Below the pieces are notes generated by a model. That model was not told the origin of the DNA. It saw nothing but the letters and a program-made list of their open reading frames with translations, and ran no database searches. From a virus (Duplodnaviria > Caudoviricetes), in the IMG/VR virus record IMGVR_UViG_2706795719_000001, positions 32,001 to 96,000 of that record: DNA of 64,000 nucleotides, one strand, 5' to 3'. The translations under genes were made by a program, and so were the position numbers. This document shows positions 9,616 to 19,327 of the stretch, piece by piece. Numbering within the stretch: position 1 is the stretch's first letter; every line of letters starts with the position of its first letter.

Positions 9616-11460
9616 TTATGCTAAATGTTTAGTTCTATGAATAACTTCTTTTTGTTTACCTTCATTAAATCCACGAGAAGCAGGATTACCAAGATATCCG
9701 CAAGTTCGACGAACAACAGACATCTTTTTAGTGTCCATTTCACCACATTTAGGGCATTTAAACCCATTCTCTGTAGGAATAAATTCTCCATGGAAATCAC
9801 ATGTAAAGCATTGGTCAACAGGTGTATTTGTTCCAAAATAATCAAGATTTTCTACAGCATAATCCCAAACTTGTTCTAATGCTTTTAAATTATCTTTCAT
9901 ATTAGGAAGTTCTACATAAGAAATATGACCACCAGTGGCAATACGATGATAATCCTTTTCAAAATCAATTTTTTCAAACGGGTTAACTTTACGTTCTACA
10001 TCAAGGTGAAAACTATTTGTATACCAACCTTTATCTGTAATTCCTTTAACAGAACCAAATTCTGCTTTATCTAATTTACAGAATCTGTGGCATAGACTTT
10101 CAGCAGGAGTAGAATAAAGACTGAATGCATATCCAGTTTCTTCTTTCCATTTAGAAAGGTAATAATTCATTTCTTTTAGAATGTGTTTGCCAAATTCTTG
10201 GGCTTCTTTATTATCAAATGGTTCGTCATTAAAAATTAATTTTAATGTCTCATGAAGACCAATATAACCTAATGAAATAGAACTGCGTCCGTTTTTGAAT
10301 AATGACAAGATTTCGTCATTAGGATTCATTCGAACACCAAATGCGCCACCACAATATAAAATTGGAGCCACAGAAGCTTTTGCACCACGTAAAGAATCAA
10401 TTCTAGTCATAAGAGCAGTATAACAGAGGCCAAGTCGATCTCGTAATGATTGAATATATGATTCTTTAGATAAATTGTCACTACCTAATTCCAGGGCTAT
10501 TCTAGGAAGATTTAAAGTGACAACACCCAAATTATTCCTTCCATCTAAAATTTCTTGTCCATTTTCTTTATAAACCGATAAAAAACTACGACAACCCATA
10601 GGAGAAACAGGAATAGAACTTCCAGTTATTTCTTTATTAATTTTAGAAGAAATAATATCAGGGTACATTCTTTTAGCCGAACATTCTAGAGCTAATTTTT
10701 TTATAGAATAATTAGGGTCTTCAGGTTTTAAATTAATTCCTTCTTCAATAAAGAAGACTAATTTTGGAAATATTGCTGTGACTCCATCTTTGCCTAATCC
10801 TTTAATTCTATTTTTTAAAATAGCTTCTTGAATAACAGTGCCCATCCATGTGGTTGAAGTACCAAAACTAATTGTTACAAAAGGAGTTTGCCCATTAGAA
10901 CTAAAAAGTGTATTAATTTCGTATTCATAAGCCTGGAAAGCATCATAAACATCTTTTTCTGTTTTCTTCATGGCATATTTGTCAAAATCAGATATGCCCC
11001 ATTCAAAAGCTTCATTCAGATGTTTTTGATAAGTTGCTTCTACATATGGTTCTAGTACAACATCAACATTAGCAAAAGTTGTACCACCATATTGATGAGA
11101 AGCCACTTGGGCCGTAATCTGTGCCATAATTGCACAAGCGACTCCAATAGATTTTGGAGTTTCTATTTCAGCATTGCCAAGCTTAAACCCATTTTCAAAC
11201 ATACCTTTTAAATCGACTAAACAACAATTTGTAAAAGGCAGAGATACACTATAATCTAAATCATGGTAATGTATAACTCCTTTGTCATGGGCTTCTACTA
11301 CATTAGAAGGTAATCTGCTACGAGCCACATACTTGGAAGCAATTCCGGCCAGCAAGTCACGTTGTGTAGGAAAGACACCATAGGGCTTGTTTGCATTTTC
11401 TGTAGAAAGTTCATTTGATTCACGATTACATACCTCATTAATTTGAGAAATTAGATTCAT
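9616..11460 (-). CDS. nrdD: Anaerobic ribonucleoside-triphosphate reductase NrdD (intron-less)
   Basis: PFTNCC, PMGCRSFL, YTNSFH, CxxC..CxxC, RRTCGYLG glycyl-radical motif. Confidence 0.98.
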   Translation of the reverse strand: MNLISQINEVCNRESNELSTENANKPYGVFPTQRDLLAGIASKYVARSRLPSNVVEAHDKGVIHYHDLDYSVSLPFTNCCLVDLKGMFENGFKLGNAEIETPKSIGVACAIMAQITAQVASHQYGGTTFANVDVVLEPYVEATYQKHLNEAFEWGISDFDKYAMKKTEKDVYDAFQAYEYEINTLFSSNGQTPFVTISFGTSTTWMGTVIQEAILKNRIKGLGKDGVTAIFPKLVFFIEEGINLKPEDPNYSIKKLALECSAKRMYPDIISSKINKEITGSSIPVSPMGCRSFLSVYKENGQEILDGRNNLGVVTLNLPRIALELGSDNLSKESYIQSLRDRLGLCYTALMTRIDSLRGAKASVAPILYCGGAFGVRMNPNDEILSLFKNGRSSISLGYIGLHETLKLIFNDEPFDNKEAQEFGKHILKEMNYYLSKWKEETGYAFSLYSTPAESLCHRFCKLDKAEFGSVKGITDKGWYTNSFHLDVERKVNPFEKIDFEKDYHRIATGGHISYVELPNMKDNLKALEQVWDYAVENLDYFGTNTPVDQCFTCDFHGEFIPTENGFKCPKCGEMDTKKMSVVRRTCGYLGNPASRGFNEGKQKEVIHRTKHLA

Positions 11461-11927
11461 TTTAAAGATTTCCTTAAAGCTTTTTTATATCTTTTAGTTA
11501 ACTCGGTTTTTGTATCTGTCTCTAGATATTCAAATCCGTTTATTGTCATTTCTTCTATCATTTCTTCTTTAGACATCCGAGAGAACTCTTTAGATTTGTC
11601 TATTATATACTGTGGATGTATAGGATTTTCACTGCTGTCTTGTTTTAAATAAAATAATAAATTTTCCATCCAAGTAATATATTCAACTTTAGATTTTAAT
11701 CCTGACCGATTAAATTTATGTTTCATTTGTCCTTCTGCTGCATTACATAACGCACACAATAATCCACGGACTTTACCAGCTTCAGGACCAGATAAAGCAT
11801 GGTCATGGTCTAAATGATTTTTTTGAACATCTTTATCTAATTCTAACTTGCAAATACAACAAAGGCCCTTTTGGGCCTTATACATTTTTTCTTTTTCTTG
11901 TTTAAATGATTTTCCGGATAATAACAT
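11457..11927 (-). CDS. 49: Recombination endonuclease VII
   Basis: CCIC, HLDHDH, VRGLLCALCNAAEG. Confidence 0.97.
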   Translation of the reverse strand: MLLSGKSFKQEKEKMYKAQKGLCCICKLELDKDVQKNHLDHDHALSGPEAGKVRGLLCALCNAAEGQMKHKFNRSGLKSKVEYITWMENLLFYLKQDSSENPIHPQYIIDKSKEFSRMSKEEMIEEMTINGFEYLETDTKTELTKRYKKALRKSLK

Positions 11928-11931
11928 TATA

Positions 11932-11964
11932 ACCTCTATAATTTATCATATAGAGGTATTTATT
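11932..11964 (-). promoter_or_regulatory. Gene 49 late promoter with RBS-sequestering hairpin
   Basis: AATAAATA (11957-11964) then ACCTCTATA-8 nt-TATAGAGGT stem containing GAGG. Confidence 0.75.
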
Positions 11965-11969
11965 AAAAA

Positions 11970-12125
11970 TTATAACTCACCAGTCTCATACCATTTTTGT
12001 TCTTGTTCTTCACTATCAAAGAAACCTTCAAGACCCGTAGGTAAAGCATTTGAAATTCTGTTCAATAAATCATAGAGTTTATTATTTTGGTCTTCTAGAT
12101 AAGCAATACGATCTTTATCGTTCAT
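11970..12125 (-). CDS. Hypothetical protein
   Basis: MNDKDRIAYL...; ATG overlaps nrdC end. Confidence 0.55.
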   Translation of the reverse strand: MNDKDRIAYLEDQNNKLYDLLNRISNALPTGLEGFFDSEEQEQKWYETGEL

Positions 12126-12387
12126 TAATATATTCCTTAAATTTATCAAATCCACCAATAGACACATCATCTATAAAAATCTGTGGCATCGTTAATCCAA
12201 CTTCTGAACGTCGATTTAGACGTTTGACTAATTGGTCTATAATTTTTTTATTTAAAACAGGTCCTTCATCTTCAGAAACTGGGATAAAAGTGTAATCTAA
12301 TTTTTTAATATCAGCTAATCTTTTGGCATTAATACATGGAACACATTTAAAGTGTTTAGGGTCAAATCCATAAATTTCTACTTTCAT
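12115..12387 (-). CDS. nrdC: Thioredoxin/glutaredoxin NrdC
   Basis: KCVPCINAKRL, GLTMPQIF, IGGFD. Confidence 0.93.
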   Translation of the reverse strand: MKVEIYGFDPKHFKCVPCINAKRLADIKKLDYTFIPVSEDEGPVLNKKIIDQLVKRLNRRSEVGLTMPQIFIDDVSIGGFDKFKEYINER

Positions 12388-12653
12388 TTAGATGGCACCA
12401 TTTTAGTTAAACTTTCCGGGATAGTGAATACAGATAATTTAGGATGGTCAACCCAAATGGTTTTTTCTACAGTACCATCATCTTCTATAATAATTTCTTC
12501 AAAAAACCCAGCTTCTCTGAAATATTTTCCTGCTACAGTAGAAAATTGTTCTCTATTAAGTCCATATTTAGCCAATACTTCATCTGTTACTTCTTCATTC
12601 TTTAATACTTCAATAGAAGAGATGTATTTTAGTGGTTTACGTGATAATTGCAT
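12384..12653 (-). CDS. Hypothetical protein
   Basis: Operonic ORF overlapping nrdC start. Confidence 0.6.
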   Translation of the reverse strand: MQLSRKPLKYISSIEVLKNEEVTDEVLAKYGLNREQFSTVAGKYFREAGFFEEIIIEDDGTVEKTIWVDHPKLSVFTIPESLTKMVPSK

Positions 12654-12661
12654 AATTTGCC

Positions 12662-12886
12662 CTATTTAATTAAGAAATTAATATATGTTTTTATAATACT
12701 AGTAATAAATTCCCAAATCCAAATAACAATAACCATAATTAAAATAAATGGCCATAAAAACATTAATTGGAAAAACGAATATACTAACTTATCAGAAAAT
12801 TTTTCTTTAATATTTTTATCAAATTTAAATGTTAGAGATGCTATAACAAATGATAATAAAACATATCCTACAATATATAAAAACAT
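12662..12886 (-). CDS. Small membrane protein
   Basis: Two hydrophobic segments with LWP motif. Confidence 0.65.
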   Translation of the reverse strand: MFLYIVGYVLLSFVIASLTFKFDKNIKEKFSDKLVYSFFQLMFLWPFILIMVIVIWIWEFITSIIKTYINFLIK

Positions 12887-12888
12887 AG

Positions 12889-13074
12889 TTATCCTTTATA
12901 AAATGTTGTTTTACAATGTCTACATTTGTATTTTAATTCTTGTACCCAAGAGACTAGCTGAACCTGATAGGTTCCACATCCAGGACATTGTGGAATGTTT
13001 TTAGAAGCGTCTTCACGACGCTTAACAATTTTTTCTACTTCTTCCCAGTTAATAATATCTTTATGAAGGACCAT
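12889..13074 (-). CDS. Zinc-ribbon small protein
   Basis: CPGC...CRHC. Confidence 0.75.
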   Translation of the reverse strand: MVLHKDIINWEEVEKIVKRREDASKNIPQCPGCGTYQVQLVSWVQELKYKCRHCKTTFYKG

Positions 13075-13076
13075 CT

Positions 13077-14069
13077 TTATTCCTTAAATCTATAATAACT
13101 TTTTACTTCTTGTAAATAAACATCATGGATAAATTTATCCCAGAATTCTTTATCTACTTTTTTAGGTAATCCATTTTTAGCAGCGATTTTAGCTTTCTTT
13201 TCTACGTCATCCACAATGGATTCTAGATTCTCTTGAACAAGTTTAAAATCAATTTTACCTGCTTTGATATCTTTAATTTGTCCTGCCATTTGTAACGGCA
13301 TTACTAAATCACCAGTATCATAGATTTCTGCTAATTGAACACCTGCACGATATGCATGGCTCAGAGCTTTCCAATCGATACCTTGGTTTTCTTCAGCTTT
13401 ACGGGCTCTATCGCCATATTCTTCCCATAGCTTATATAATGATTTGTACATTTCATCTACAGTAATAGTCATTTGGTATTTACGACCTAAAACTTCATAG
13501 AAAACCTGAGTTGTACCTTTATCATCAGTTTGAGAAGTGAATAAAGCAAATTCTAATTTAGGAAGTAGGTGTTTAATATTTCCAACTTTAACTTGTTCAG
13601 AAAAATTAGATGAAGTATATGGAGTAATTATATCAAGAACGCGTTTTAAGCAAGCTAATCTGGAACCTTTAATTCCATATTTTGCAGCTTGTTTACGGAC
13701 ATATCCTAAATAGGCCTTCATATCAGTTGTATAAAACTTAGAACGGTGTTTTCTAATAAAGTCCCATGTTTCTGGTAAATCTGAATGAACAACCATTTCA
13801 TTAGGGGCGTGGATTAAATCTAGTGCTACAGTTTCGCCACGTGCCGCCAGGGATAAAAAGTATTTTAACGAATATAATTCATGATCAATATCAGAAGAAG
13901 TGTTCTTAGATGATCCTGTATTGGTATTCATATTAAAGTGTTCTGTTACTTGACAAGTCACAATACTATGGCCACTAGGGACAAAAATTTCTTTATAATC
14001 TAAATCAGATTCTGGTGTAGTGGTTCCATACAAATGGGAACCAAATAATACTTTAGCAACGGTTTTCAT
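13077..14069 (-). CDS. nrdC.11: Nucleotidyltransferase NrdC.11
   Basis: FGSHLYGTTTPESDLD pol-beta motif; IDWKALSHA. Confidence 0.92.
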   Translation of the reverse strand: MKTVAKVLFGSHLYGTTTPESDLDYKEIFVPSGHSIVTCQVTEHFNMNTNTGSSKNTSSDIDHELYSLKYFLSLAARGETVALDLIHAPNEMVVHSDLPETWDFIRKHRSKFYTTDMKAYLGYVRKQAAKYGIKGSRLACLKRVLDIITPYTSSNFSEQVKVGNIKHLLPKLEFALFTSQTDDKGTTQVFYEVLGRKYQMTITVDEMYKSLYKLWEEYGDRARKAEENQGIDWKALSHAYRAGVQLAEIYDTGDLVMPLQMAGQIKDIKAGKIDFKLVQENLESIVDDVEKKAKIAAKNGLPKKVDKEFWDKFIHDVYLQEVKSYYRFKE

Positions 14070-14248
14070 TATTTACTTCCTTTCATAAATCTAAAAATAC
14101 CCATAAAAATATAAGCCGGCCAAAATATCATATCCATAATAAAAGCCATGACGTTATCTTTATTAGTCCATTTTACTCTAAGGCCCTGTCTAATTTCAGT
14201 AACCATAGAAACTAAAGCTACTAAAAATGAAATTAAAAGATACGTCAT
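14069..14248 (-). CDS. Small membrane protein (59 aa, not in ORF track)
   Basis: Manual: MTYLLISFLVALVSMV...IFWPAYIFMG; overlaps both neighbours. Confidence 0.6.
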   Translation of the reverse strand: MTYLLISFLVALVSMVTEIRQGLRVKWTNKDNVMAFIMDMIFWPAYIFMGIFRFMKGSK

Positions 14249-14724
14249 TTTGATTCCTTTTCTTGTAAAGATTTAATAGTATCAAGATAAATGGTTTTAG
14301 CTTTTTCTTTATCTGAAACATATTCAAATAGGTAATCTAAAGCTTCTTTAGAGATATCTTTGTATTTTACTTTCCAGGGTTTATAATATGATGCGAGTAA
14401 TTGGTCCTTTTTAAATAATTCATCTAATAAAGGAATAACTTTCATATAATAGAATAAACATGTTCCTACAACTTCAGAAATATATTCATCTTTTACAGGA
14501 GTTCCTGATTTAATTAGATTGTCTGTAATTTTTAAATTAAAGAAAGCCGTTTTGCAATCAGATAAAACTGGATTATTAAAAGCATACAGATCTTCACATA
14601 GTTCAGTAATGCGTTTTTCTGCTTTCTTTTGTTTAGGAGAAGGATTAACTAATCCACCAAAAATTTGAATTGGTGGGTAGGCCGCAATATTAGAAATAAA
14701 ACTTTGTTGCATTGTTAAAGTCAT
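14245..14724 (-). CDS. Hypothetical protein
   Basis: 159-aa operonic ORF with RBS. Confidence 0.65.
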   Translation of the reverse strand: MTLTMQQSFISNIAAYPPIQIFGGLVNPSPKQKKAEKRITELCEDLYAFNNPVLSDCKTAFFNLKITDNLIKSGTPVKDEYISEVVGTCLFYYMKVIPLLDELFKKDQLLASYYKPWKVKYKDISKEALDYLFEYVSDKEKAKTIYLDTIKSLQEKESK

Positions 14725-14740
14725 AAGTTATCCTATAAGA

Positions 14741-14986
14741 TTAAGCTTTCATCCATCCATAAACAGAGTATTTGATGTTAAAATCAATTGGTTCTGAATA
14801 TGTATAAGTTCGTGTCATCCTATTATACTTAATTCTAATATCTGTAGCGTCAGGATTTGAAAAAACAGCTACTGGATTTAAACCAGATGGAGTTATTGAA
14901 ACATCTGACTTAAATTTGTAATCAATACCATTAATTTTGTATATTTTATTTTCTTTTAACATAATAATCTTAAAATTGTTGTACAT
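14741..14986 (-). CDS. Hypothetical protein
   Basis: Operonic ORF. Confidence 0.55.
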   Translation of the reverse strand: MYNNFKIIMLKENKIYKINGIDYKFKSDVSITPSGLNPVAVFSNPDATDIRIKYNRMTRTYTYSEPIDFNIKYSVYGWMKA

Positions 14987-15563
14987 ATTTTAGTTCAAAG
15001 GCTTTCATAGCACTTGAATCAGAAATACGAATTAAAATAGGTTCTTGGTCTGAATGCTGAATAAGCAAAGTTGTATCTGTTATATAAAGTATCGAGTAAG
15101 GTTTTCCTTTAGCATTTGTTATTACATCACCAGGTTTTGCTTGAACCCATGAATAGCCTTTAGTTTCTTTACAATATGTCATGGTATTCATACTAATTAA
15201 TTTTCTACTAGGCCCAATTCTTAATTCAATTTCTAGGTCTTTAGGAATAAATGCCGAACCTAAAAAAGAAAAATCGTATTTTACCTGATCTAATAATTTG
15301 TATACCTTACCTATAGCACATCCTCGAATAAAACTATCAATTTTTAAAAACATTGAGTTGCTTAATTTATCAATACCAAGAATTTTTGCTTCATACACAA
15401 TAGGAGGAGGTGTTGATACTAATATAAAGTTTTCTACAGTCGGTGAATACTTAAAAATTACTTCTACTTCATCGCCTTCTTTTATATCTACATTGTCCGT
15501 AGAAACAGGACCATATTTATGTGTTAAAATAGGCATATTAATTTCCTTGATAAAATTGTTCAA
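14970..15563 (-). CDS. Hypothetical protein
   Basis: ORF; likely start MPILTH after AAGGA RBS. Confidence 0.65.
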   Translation of the reverse strand: MNNFIKEINMPILTHKYGPVSTDNVDIKEGDEVEVIFKYSPTVENFILVSTPPPIVYEAKILGIDKLSNSMFLKIDSFIRGCAIGKVYKLLDQVKYDFSFLGSAFIPKDLEIELRIGPSRKLISMNTMTYCKETKGYSWVQAKPGDVITNAKGKPYSILYITDTTLLIQHSDQEPILIRISDSSAMKAFELKYVQQF

Positions 15564-15717
15564 TTACAGATTTAAGCTTAAGTGCTTCTTCTTTTGTTAA
15601 AACGATAAGATCTTCATCTTGCATAATTCTAATAGCCGATTTATCAGAAATAGAACGGCTCACTTCAATGTCACCCATAATAAATTTATCATTTGTATTC
15701 CACATAAAAATCTCCAT

Positions 15718-15736
15718 AAAGGCCTTTCGGCCTTAT
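15718..15736 (-). terminator. Terminator-like hairpin
   Basis: AAGGCC-GAAA-GGCCTTT on minus strand. Confidence 0.65.
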
Positions 15737-15737
15737 A

Positions 15738-16466
15738 TTATTTGAATTCAATAAAGTTACAATGTTTGTTTTTAAATGATTCATGAATTTCGTCACTTAA
15801 AGACTTTTCTCGCACTTCAATATCTTTTTGGATATTAGTTTGATGTTCTAAACGTTTTTTCAGTCTACGCTGGGCCATTTTTCTAGGTAAAAAGTCTGCA
15901 AACAACCAAACCCCACCAACAACAATTAAAAATACCAAAGCACCTAAAACTGCAAATAAAATTGCTCCTAAAATATAAGCGCCAATAGTTAATCCTGTTC
16001 CTAATGTAATGCCAAATGAAGCCAGAATATTAATAAGTACTGTGCCGCCAAGATTTCCAAATATTAAAGCCACAGCTGAAATAAGTAATACCGTAAATAA
16101 CCCACGACCTAAAAGGTTCCAAAAATATCCACAAATACTTTTAGGCATACTATCTTTAGGGGTTATTAATTTTGTTAATTTATAATGCCAACTGTCTTTT
16201 TTAATTTCAATTTTAGGTGCAACGTTTGCTAAACGAATATCGACAATATCTGAACCCCACACACGATATTTAATACCAACAACCTTAAAATTAGTGCCAT
16301 GGACATCACCGTTTGAATAAACTACAATATCGTGTTTTAAATCTTTTACATTTTCTATAAGAACATTAGCAACTTTTGTTGCTTCTTCTTTAGTTTCCCA
16401 TTCCGTATTTAAACGGTGCCATTTTGGAGTATTACCATCATTAATGAATAATTCAATAGTATACAT
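15738..16466 (-). CDS. Membrane protein of T-even accessory family with extra N-terminal region
   Basis: SWHYKL..P.SICGYFW, long hydrophobic segments, terminal CNFIEFK. Confidence 0.7.
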   Translation of the reverse strand: MYTIELFINDGNTPKWHRLNTEWETKEEATKVANVLIENVKDLKHDIVVYSNGDVHGTNFKVVGIKYRVWGSDIVDIRLANVAPKIEIKKDSWHYKLTKLITPKDSMPKSICGYFWNLLGRGLFTVLLISAVALIFGNLGGTVLINILASFGITLGTGLTIGAYILGAILFAVLGALVFLIVVGGVWLFADFLPRKMAQRRLKKRLEHQTNIQKDIEVREKSLSDEIHESFKNKHCNFIEFK

Positions 16467-16683
16467 TATAATTCCTTAAAAGAGTTTAACAATAGTTTAA
16501 ATCTACGTAATTCGTCAACATCAACACCAGATACTATAAGACCACTAAATTCAAAAGTATAATCTATTTCATCTTTATGCCTCAATTGACTAAAGTTGTT
16601 GTTCTACGATTTAACGGGCCATAATTAATGGTCTTTTTAATTCTGGTAGGTAATCCTTCATCAATTTCTGTCTTTATTTGCAT
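16466..16683 (-). pseudogene. Small gene apparently split by a 1-nt deletion
   Basis: MQIKTE...TTLVN* continues in -1 frame as LRHKDEIDYTF...KEL*, ending in TAATG overlap with next gene. Confidence 0.45.
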
Positions 16684-16890
16684 TTAACCTCTGATATTTT
16701 TCTTATATTGGTTAGGCCAAGTATTAGAATTAAAGGCCCAAATTAAAACGCCTAGCCATCCAAAAACTGTCCATCCAAAAACAAAATTAGAAATAAAAAT
16801 AGAAGTTTTTGCACAATGGTCTCTATGCCATCCGATAATAAATGGTAAAAAATAAAATAATATCATACCTATTAAAATTAAGAGTTCCAT
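16684..16890 (-). CDS. imm: Superinfection immunity membrane protein
   Basis: YFLPFIIGWHR...IFISNFVFGWTVFGWLGVLIWA Imm-family pattern. Confidence 0.85.
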   Translation of the reverse strand: MELLILIGMILFYFLPFIIGWHRDHCAKTSIFISNFVFGWTVFGWLGVLIWAFNSNTWPNQYKKNIRG

Positions 16891-17090
16891 TATGCTTCCT
16901 TTTTAATTAAACGGGCTGTATTAGGAATTTCTTCATTAAACTGAACAAATTGTTCTTTTTCATTTAATAAACGTAAGCCTAAACAAAATACTACAATCCC
17001 AGTTAAACCAACGTACATAACAATATAATCCATAGAGTTGTATCTAATTTTATCACCGGCATCAATTTGGCCTAATTCGGAAAGTTTCAT
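16890..17090 (-). CDS. Hypothetical protein
   Basis: Operonic ORF. Confidence 0.55.
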   Translation of the reverse strand: MKLSELGQIDAGDKIRYNSMDYIVMYVGLTGIVVFCLGLRLLNEKEQFVQFNEEIPNTARLIKKEA

Positions 17091-17095
17091 ATAAC

Positions 17096-17269
17096 CTACT
17101 TATTCATTTTACGTTGAAGATCAATTTGTCGTTCTTTAATAAGACGGTCTAATTGGTCATTAGATAAACATACACAATCACTGCCTTGATGTAAAACATA
17201 CCCTAATTCATTTGTAGAAACTTTAACATCAAGATTTTTGTGTAAACAATCAGTTAAATAAAAATGCAT
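17096..17269 (-). CDS. Hypothetical protein (57 aa)
   Basis: Manual: MHFYLTDCLHK...; GGAGG RBS. Confidence 0.5.
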   Translation of the reverse strand: MHFYLTDCLHKNLDVKVSTNELGYVLHQGSDCVCLSNDQLDRLIKERQIDLQRKMNK

Positions 17270-17391
17270 TATTCCTCCAAAAACTTCTTTTTGTGTTTTT
17301 GTTTACGATTTGATTCTAATTCAGCTTTCTTTTTGTCTTTGTGAACAGAAGCTCTATTAAAATCATGTTTAGCTACAAAATTATTTTTCAT
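17269..17391 (-). CDS. Small basic conserved phage protein (40 aa)
   Basis: Manual: MKNNFVAKHDFNRASVHKDKRK...; GAGG RBS. Confidence 0.65.
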   Translation of the reverse strand: MKNNFVAKHDFNRASVHKDKKKAELESNRKQKHKKKFLEE

Positions 17392-17392
17392 A

Positions 17393-17656
17393 TTACCTCA
17401 ACTGTGAATCTTTAGAACCACGTCTGTTGTAATAAGATGTGGTGATAATATCATGGCTTTCTTGACAAGTACAACAATAATTACAATTTTTTATTATTTG
17501 TCTACGACGTTCAGGGATCTCTTCACCGCATTCAAGACAGTATATATCATTGTTGTACGAAGAATTGACCAGGCTTAATCTGGCCCACTCTATAGCATCT
17601 TTAATGACAGCTTCTTTAGTTGCAAAGCCATCATCTGAAGGACCCCATCCATTCAT
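17393..17656 (-). CDS. DksA/TraR C4 zinc-finger protein, YbiI-like
   Basis: CLECGEEIPERRR..CCTC and C-terminal YNRRGSKDSQLR as in enterobacterial YbiI. Confidence 0.9.
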   Translation of the reverse strand: MNGWGPSDDGFATKEAVIKDAIEWARLSLVNSSYNNDIYCLECGEEIPERRRQIIKNCNYCCTCQESHDIITTSYYNRRGSKDSQLR

Positions 17657-17970
17657 TTTTTCACCATAAAGTTATAAATGAATCGATACACTTCATCTGG
17701 ATCTTTTTGTTCCCAGATATCTAATTTAGGTTCATGGCCAATAATGTTTTGATAATGTTTATATACATTTAAATGATTTGAATGTAACCAATTAACAAAG
17801 GCCTGGCCGATACGTTGGAATCCTTTTACGGATTCTTCATTCCAATACATATACCAATCATGCATATCGCAATAATTTAAAAGTTTAGGAACTTCTTTTT
17901 GAAGATTATCAATAAATATTTGCTTCTCGTGAGCAGATAGTGATTCAAATTTGTCAAGAGTCATATTCAA
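17653..17970 (-). CDS. Hypothetical protein
   Basis: Operonic ORF, QRIGQAFVN motif. Confidence 0.6.
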   Translation of the reverse strand: MNMTLDKFESLSAHEKQIFIDNLQKEVPKLLNYCDMHDWYMYWNEESVKGFQRIGQAFVNWLHSNHLNVYKHYQNIIGHEPKLDIWEQKDPDEVYRFIYNFMVKK

Positions 17971-18160
17971 CCTCAGAATTTAAAGTTTTTAGAATGATAC
18001 TGTTTATCCTGTGAAACATGTTTATCAGAAGCTTCAGCAATACCAATTTTTATAGGACGTGCAGATAAACGGTCTTTGATATCTACTTTCTTTTCAAATT
18101 GCCCACACAACAAATAAAATAAACGTTCGTTAGTCATGATAATCTCCAATTGGTTTTAAT

Positions 18161-18196
18161 AAGGCTATATTAATACATAACATAGCCTTTGTAAAC
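18161..18196 (-). promoter_or_regulatory. Early promoter inside inverted repeat
   Basis: gTTTACA-17-TAATAT; aaggctat/atagcctt arms. Confidence 0.7.
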
Positions 18197-18200
18197 ACAT

Positions 18201-18638
18201 TTAAATTTTTTCAAATCCAGATTCGTCGCAATCATTTTCGTCATAAAAGACCGTGTAACCTTGATTAGACAACGAGGCAACTAAATCACCCATAATTTCA
18301 ATGTTATCTTCAGAATGGTTCATTGATAAATAAACATAATTATTATCACCAACATATTCGACATAATCATTGTTTGTTTTTGTAACAACAAAAATTGATT
18401 TTGGTGCTCTATTACGGGTAAAATATAGACGAAAACATTCTAAATTATAACCAATAATTTCACAAACAGAATTCGTTTTGTTTCTTTCACTAATGGAAGC
18501 TATAGAGTTTACCGGCATACCAAAATTCAGTTCATTTGATTTTGCATTCATTGTATTGATAATAGCATTAACTGTTTTAATAGTGTCATCACAGACCACA
18601 AGAACTTTACTAGATACGCTCATTTTATTTTCCTTCAA
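18201..18638 (-). CDS. Hypothetical protein
   Basis: ORF, probable start MSVSSK. Confidence 0.6.
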   Translation of the reverse strand: MKENKMSVSSKVLVVCDDTIKTVNAIINTMNAKSNELNFGMPVNSIASISERNKTNSVCEIIGYNLECFRLYFTRNRAPKSIFVVTKTNNDYVEYVGDNNYVYLSMNHSEDNIEIMGDLVASLSNQGYTVFYDENDCDESGFEKI

Positions 18639-19239
18639 GGTCTTTAATCATTTGGTCAAGAATCATATTAGTAGCTTCTACAAGAATACTTTTCATCGAA
18701 TTAAACATCTGTCCATCGGACATTTTAGAAAGCTTAAAGTAGGTTTCCCATCCAGGTTCATTAGTAAATTCAAACTGTTTAGATGCAAAAAACTCTTTTA
18801 CTTTTTTAACATCTTCTACTGTTACGAGTTTATTATCCTGGATTTTGTTAGCCAATGCTTGTTGCACTTGTTTTCGTTCTAAATGGATGACTTCAAGCTG
18901 GTCAATAACATCAGACCAATTCTTTGTATATTTTTCTGCATCAGCAAAAGAATAAAATGCAAAATTTTTATTATAGCGTTTTGAATCATTACCTTTAATA
19001 ATGGTGTTCATATCAGATAATGATTTACATGTTTTAAAACCATTTTTATCAATACAAACAACCCACCAGATCAGTTCTGAACTAAAAGAAAAACTTTCTT
19101 GATGTGGCTTAGCTACTACAGTATATTTTTCTACCATATTAATAGGAGTACCATATGGGGTTGTGCCATACCCAACATAAAAAGTAAATCCAGGAACAAG
19201 GTCTTCAAATTTAATATTCTTAATCATGATAATCCCCAC
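18625..19239 (-). CDS. Hypothetical early protein
   Basis: ORF behind early promoter; probable start MIKNIK. Confidence 0.65.
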   Translation of the reverse strand: MGIIMIKNIKFEDLVPGFTFYVGYGTTPYGTPINMVEKYTVVAKPHQESFSFSSELIWWVVCIDKNGFKTCKSLSDMNTIIKGNDSKRYNKNFAFYSFADAEKYTKNWSDVIDQLEVIHLERKQVQQALANKIQDNKLVTVEDVKKVKEFFASKQFEFTNEPGWETYFKLSKMSDGQMFNSMKSILVEATNMILDQMIKDLEGK

Positions 19240-19256
19240 TTGTTGTTGATGTGATC

Positions 19257-19284
19257 ATAATATCATGATAAACCACTTTGTAAA
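19257..19284 (-). promoter_or_regulatory. Early promoter
   Basis: TTTACA-16-TATTAT with extended TG and upstream A-tract. Confidence 0.65.
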
Positions 19285-19303
19285 TACTTTTTTCAATAAA
19301 ACC

Positions 19304-19327
19304 AAAAAAGGAACCCGTAGGTTCCCT
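19304..19327 (-). terminator. Rho-independent terminator
   Basis: GGAACC-TACG-GGTTCC-TTTTTT on minus strand. Confidence 0.85.

Noticed and set aside
9616-11460. Group I intron/homing endonuclease in nrdD as in T4
   Set aside because: ORF is continuous and full length; no homing endonuclease ORF recognised in the window
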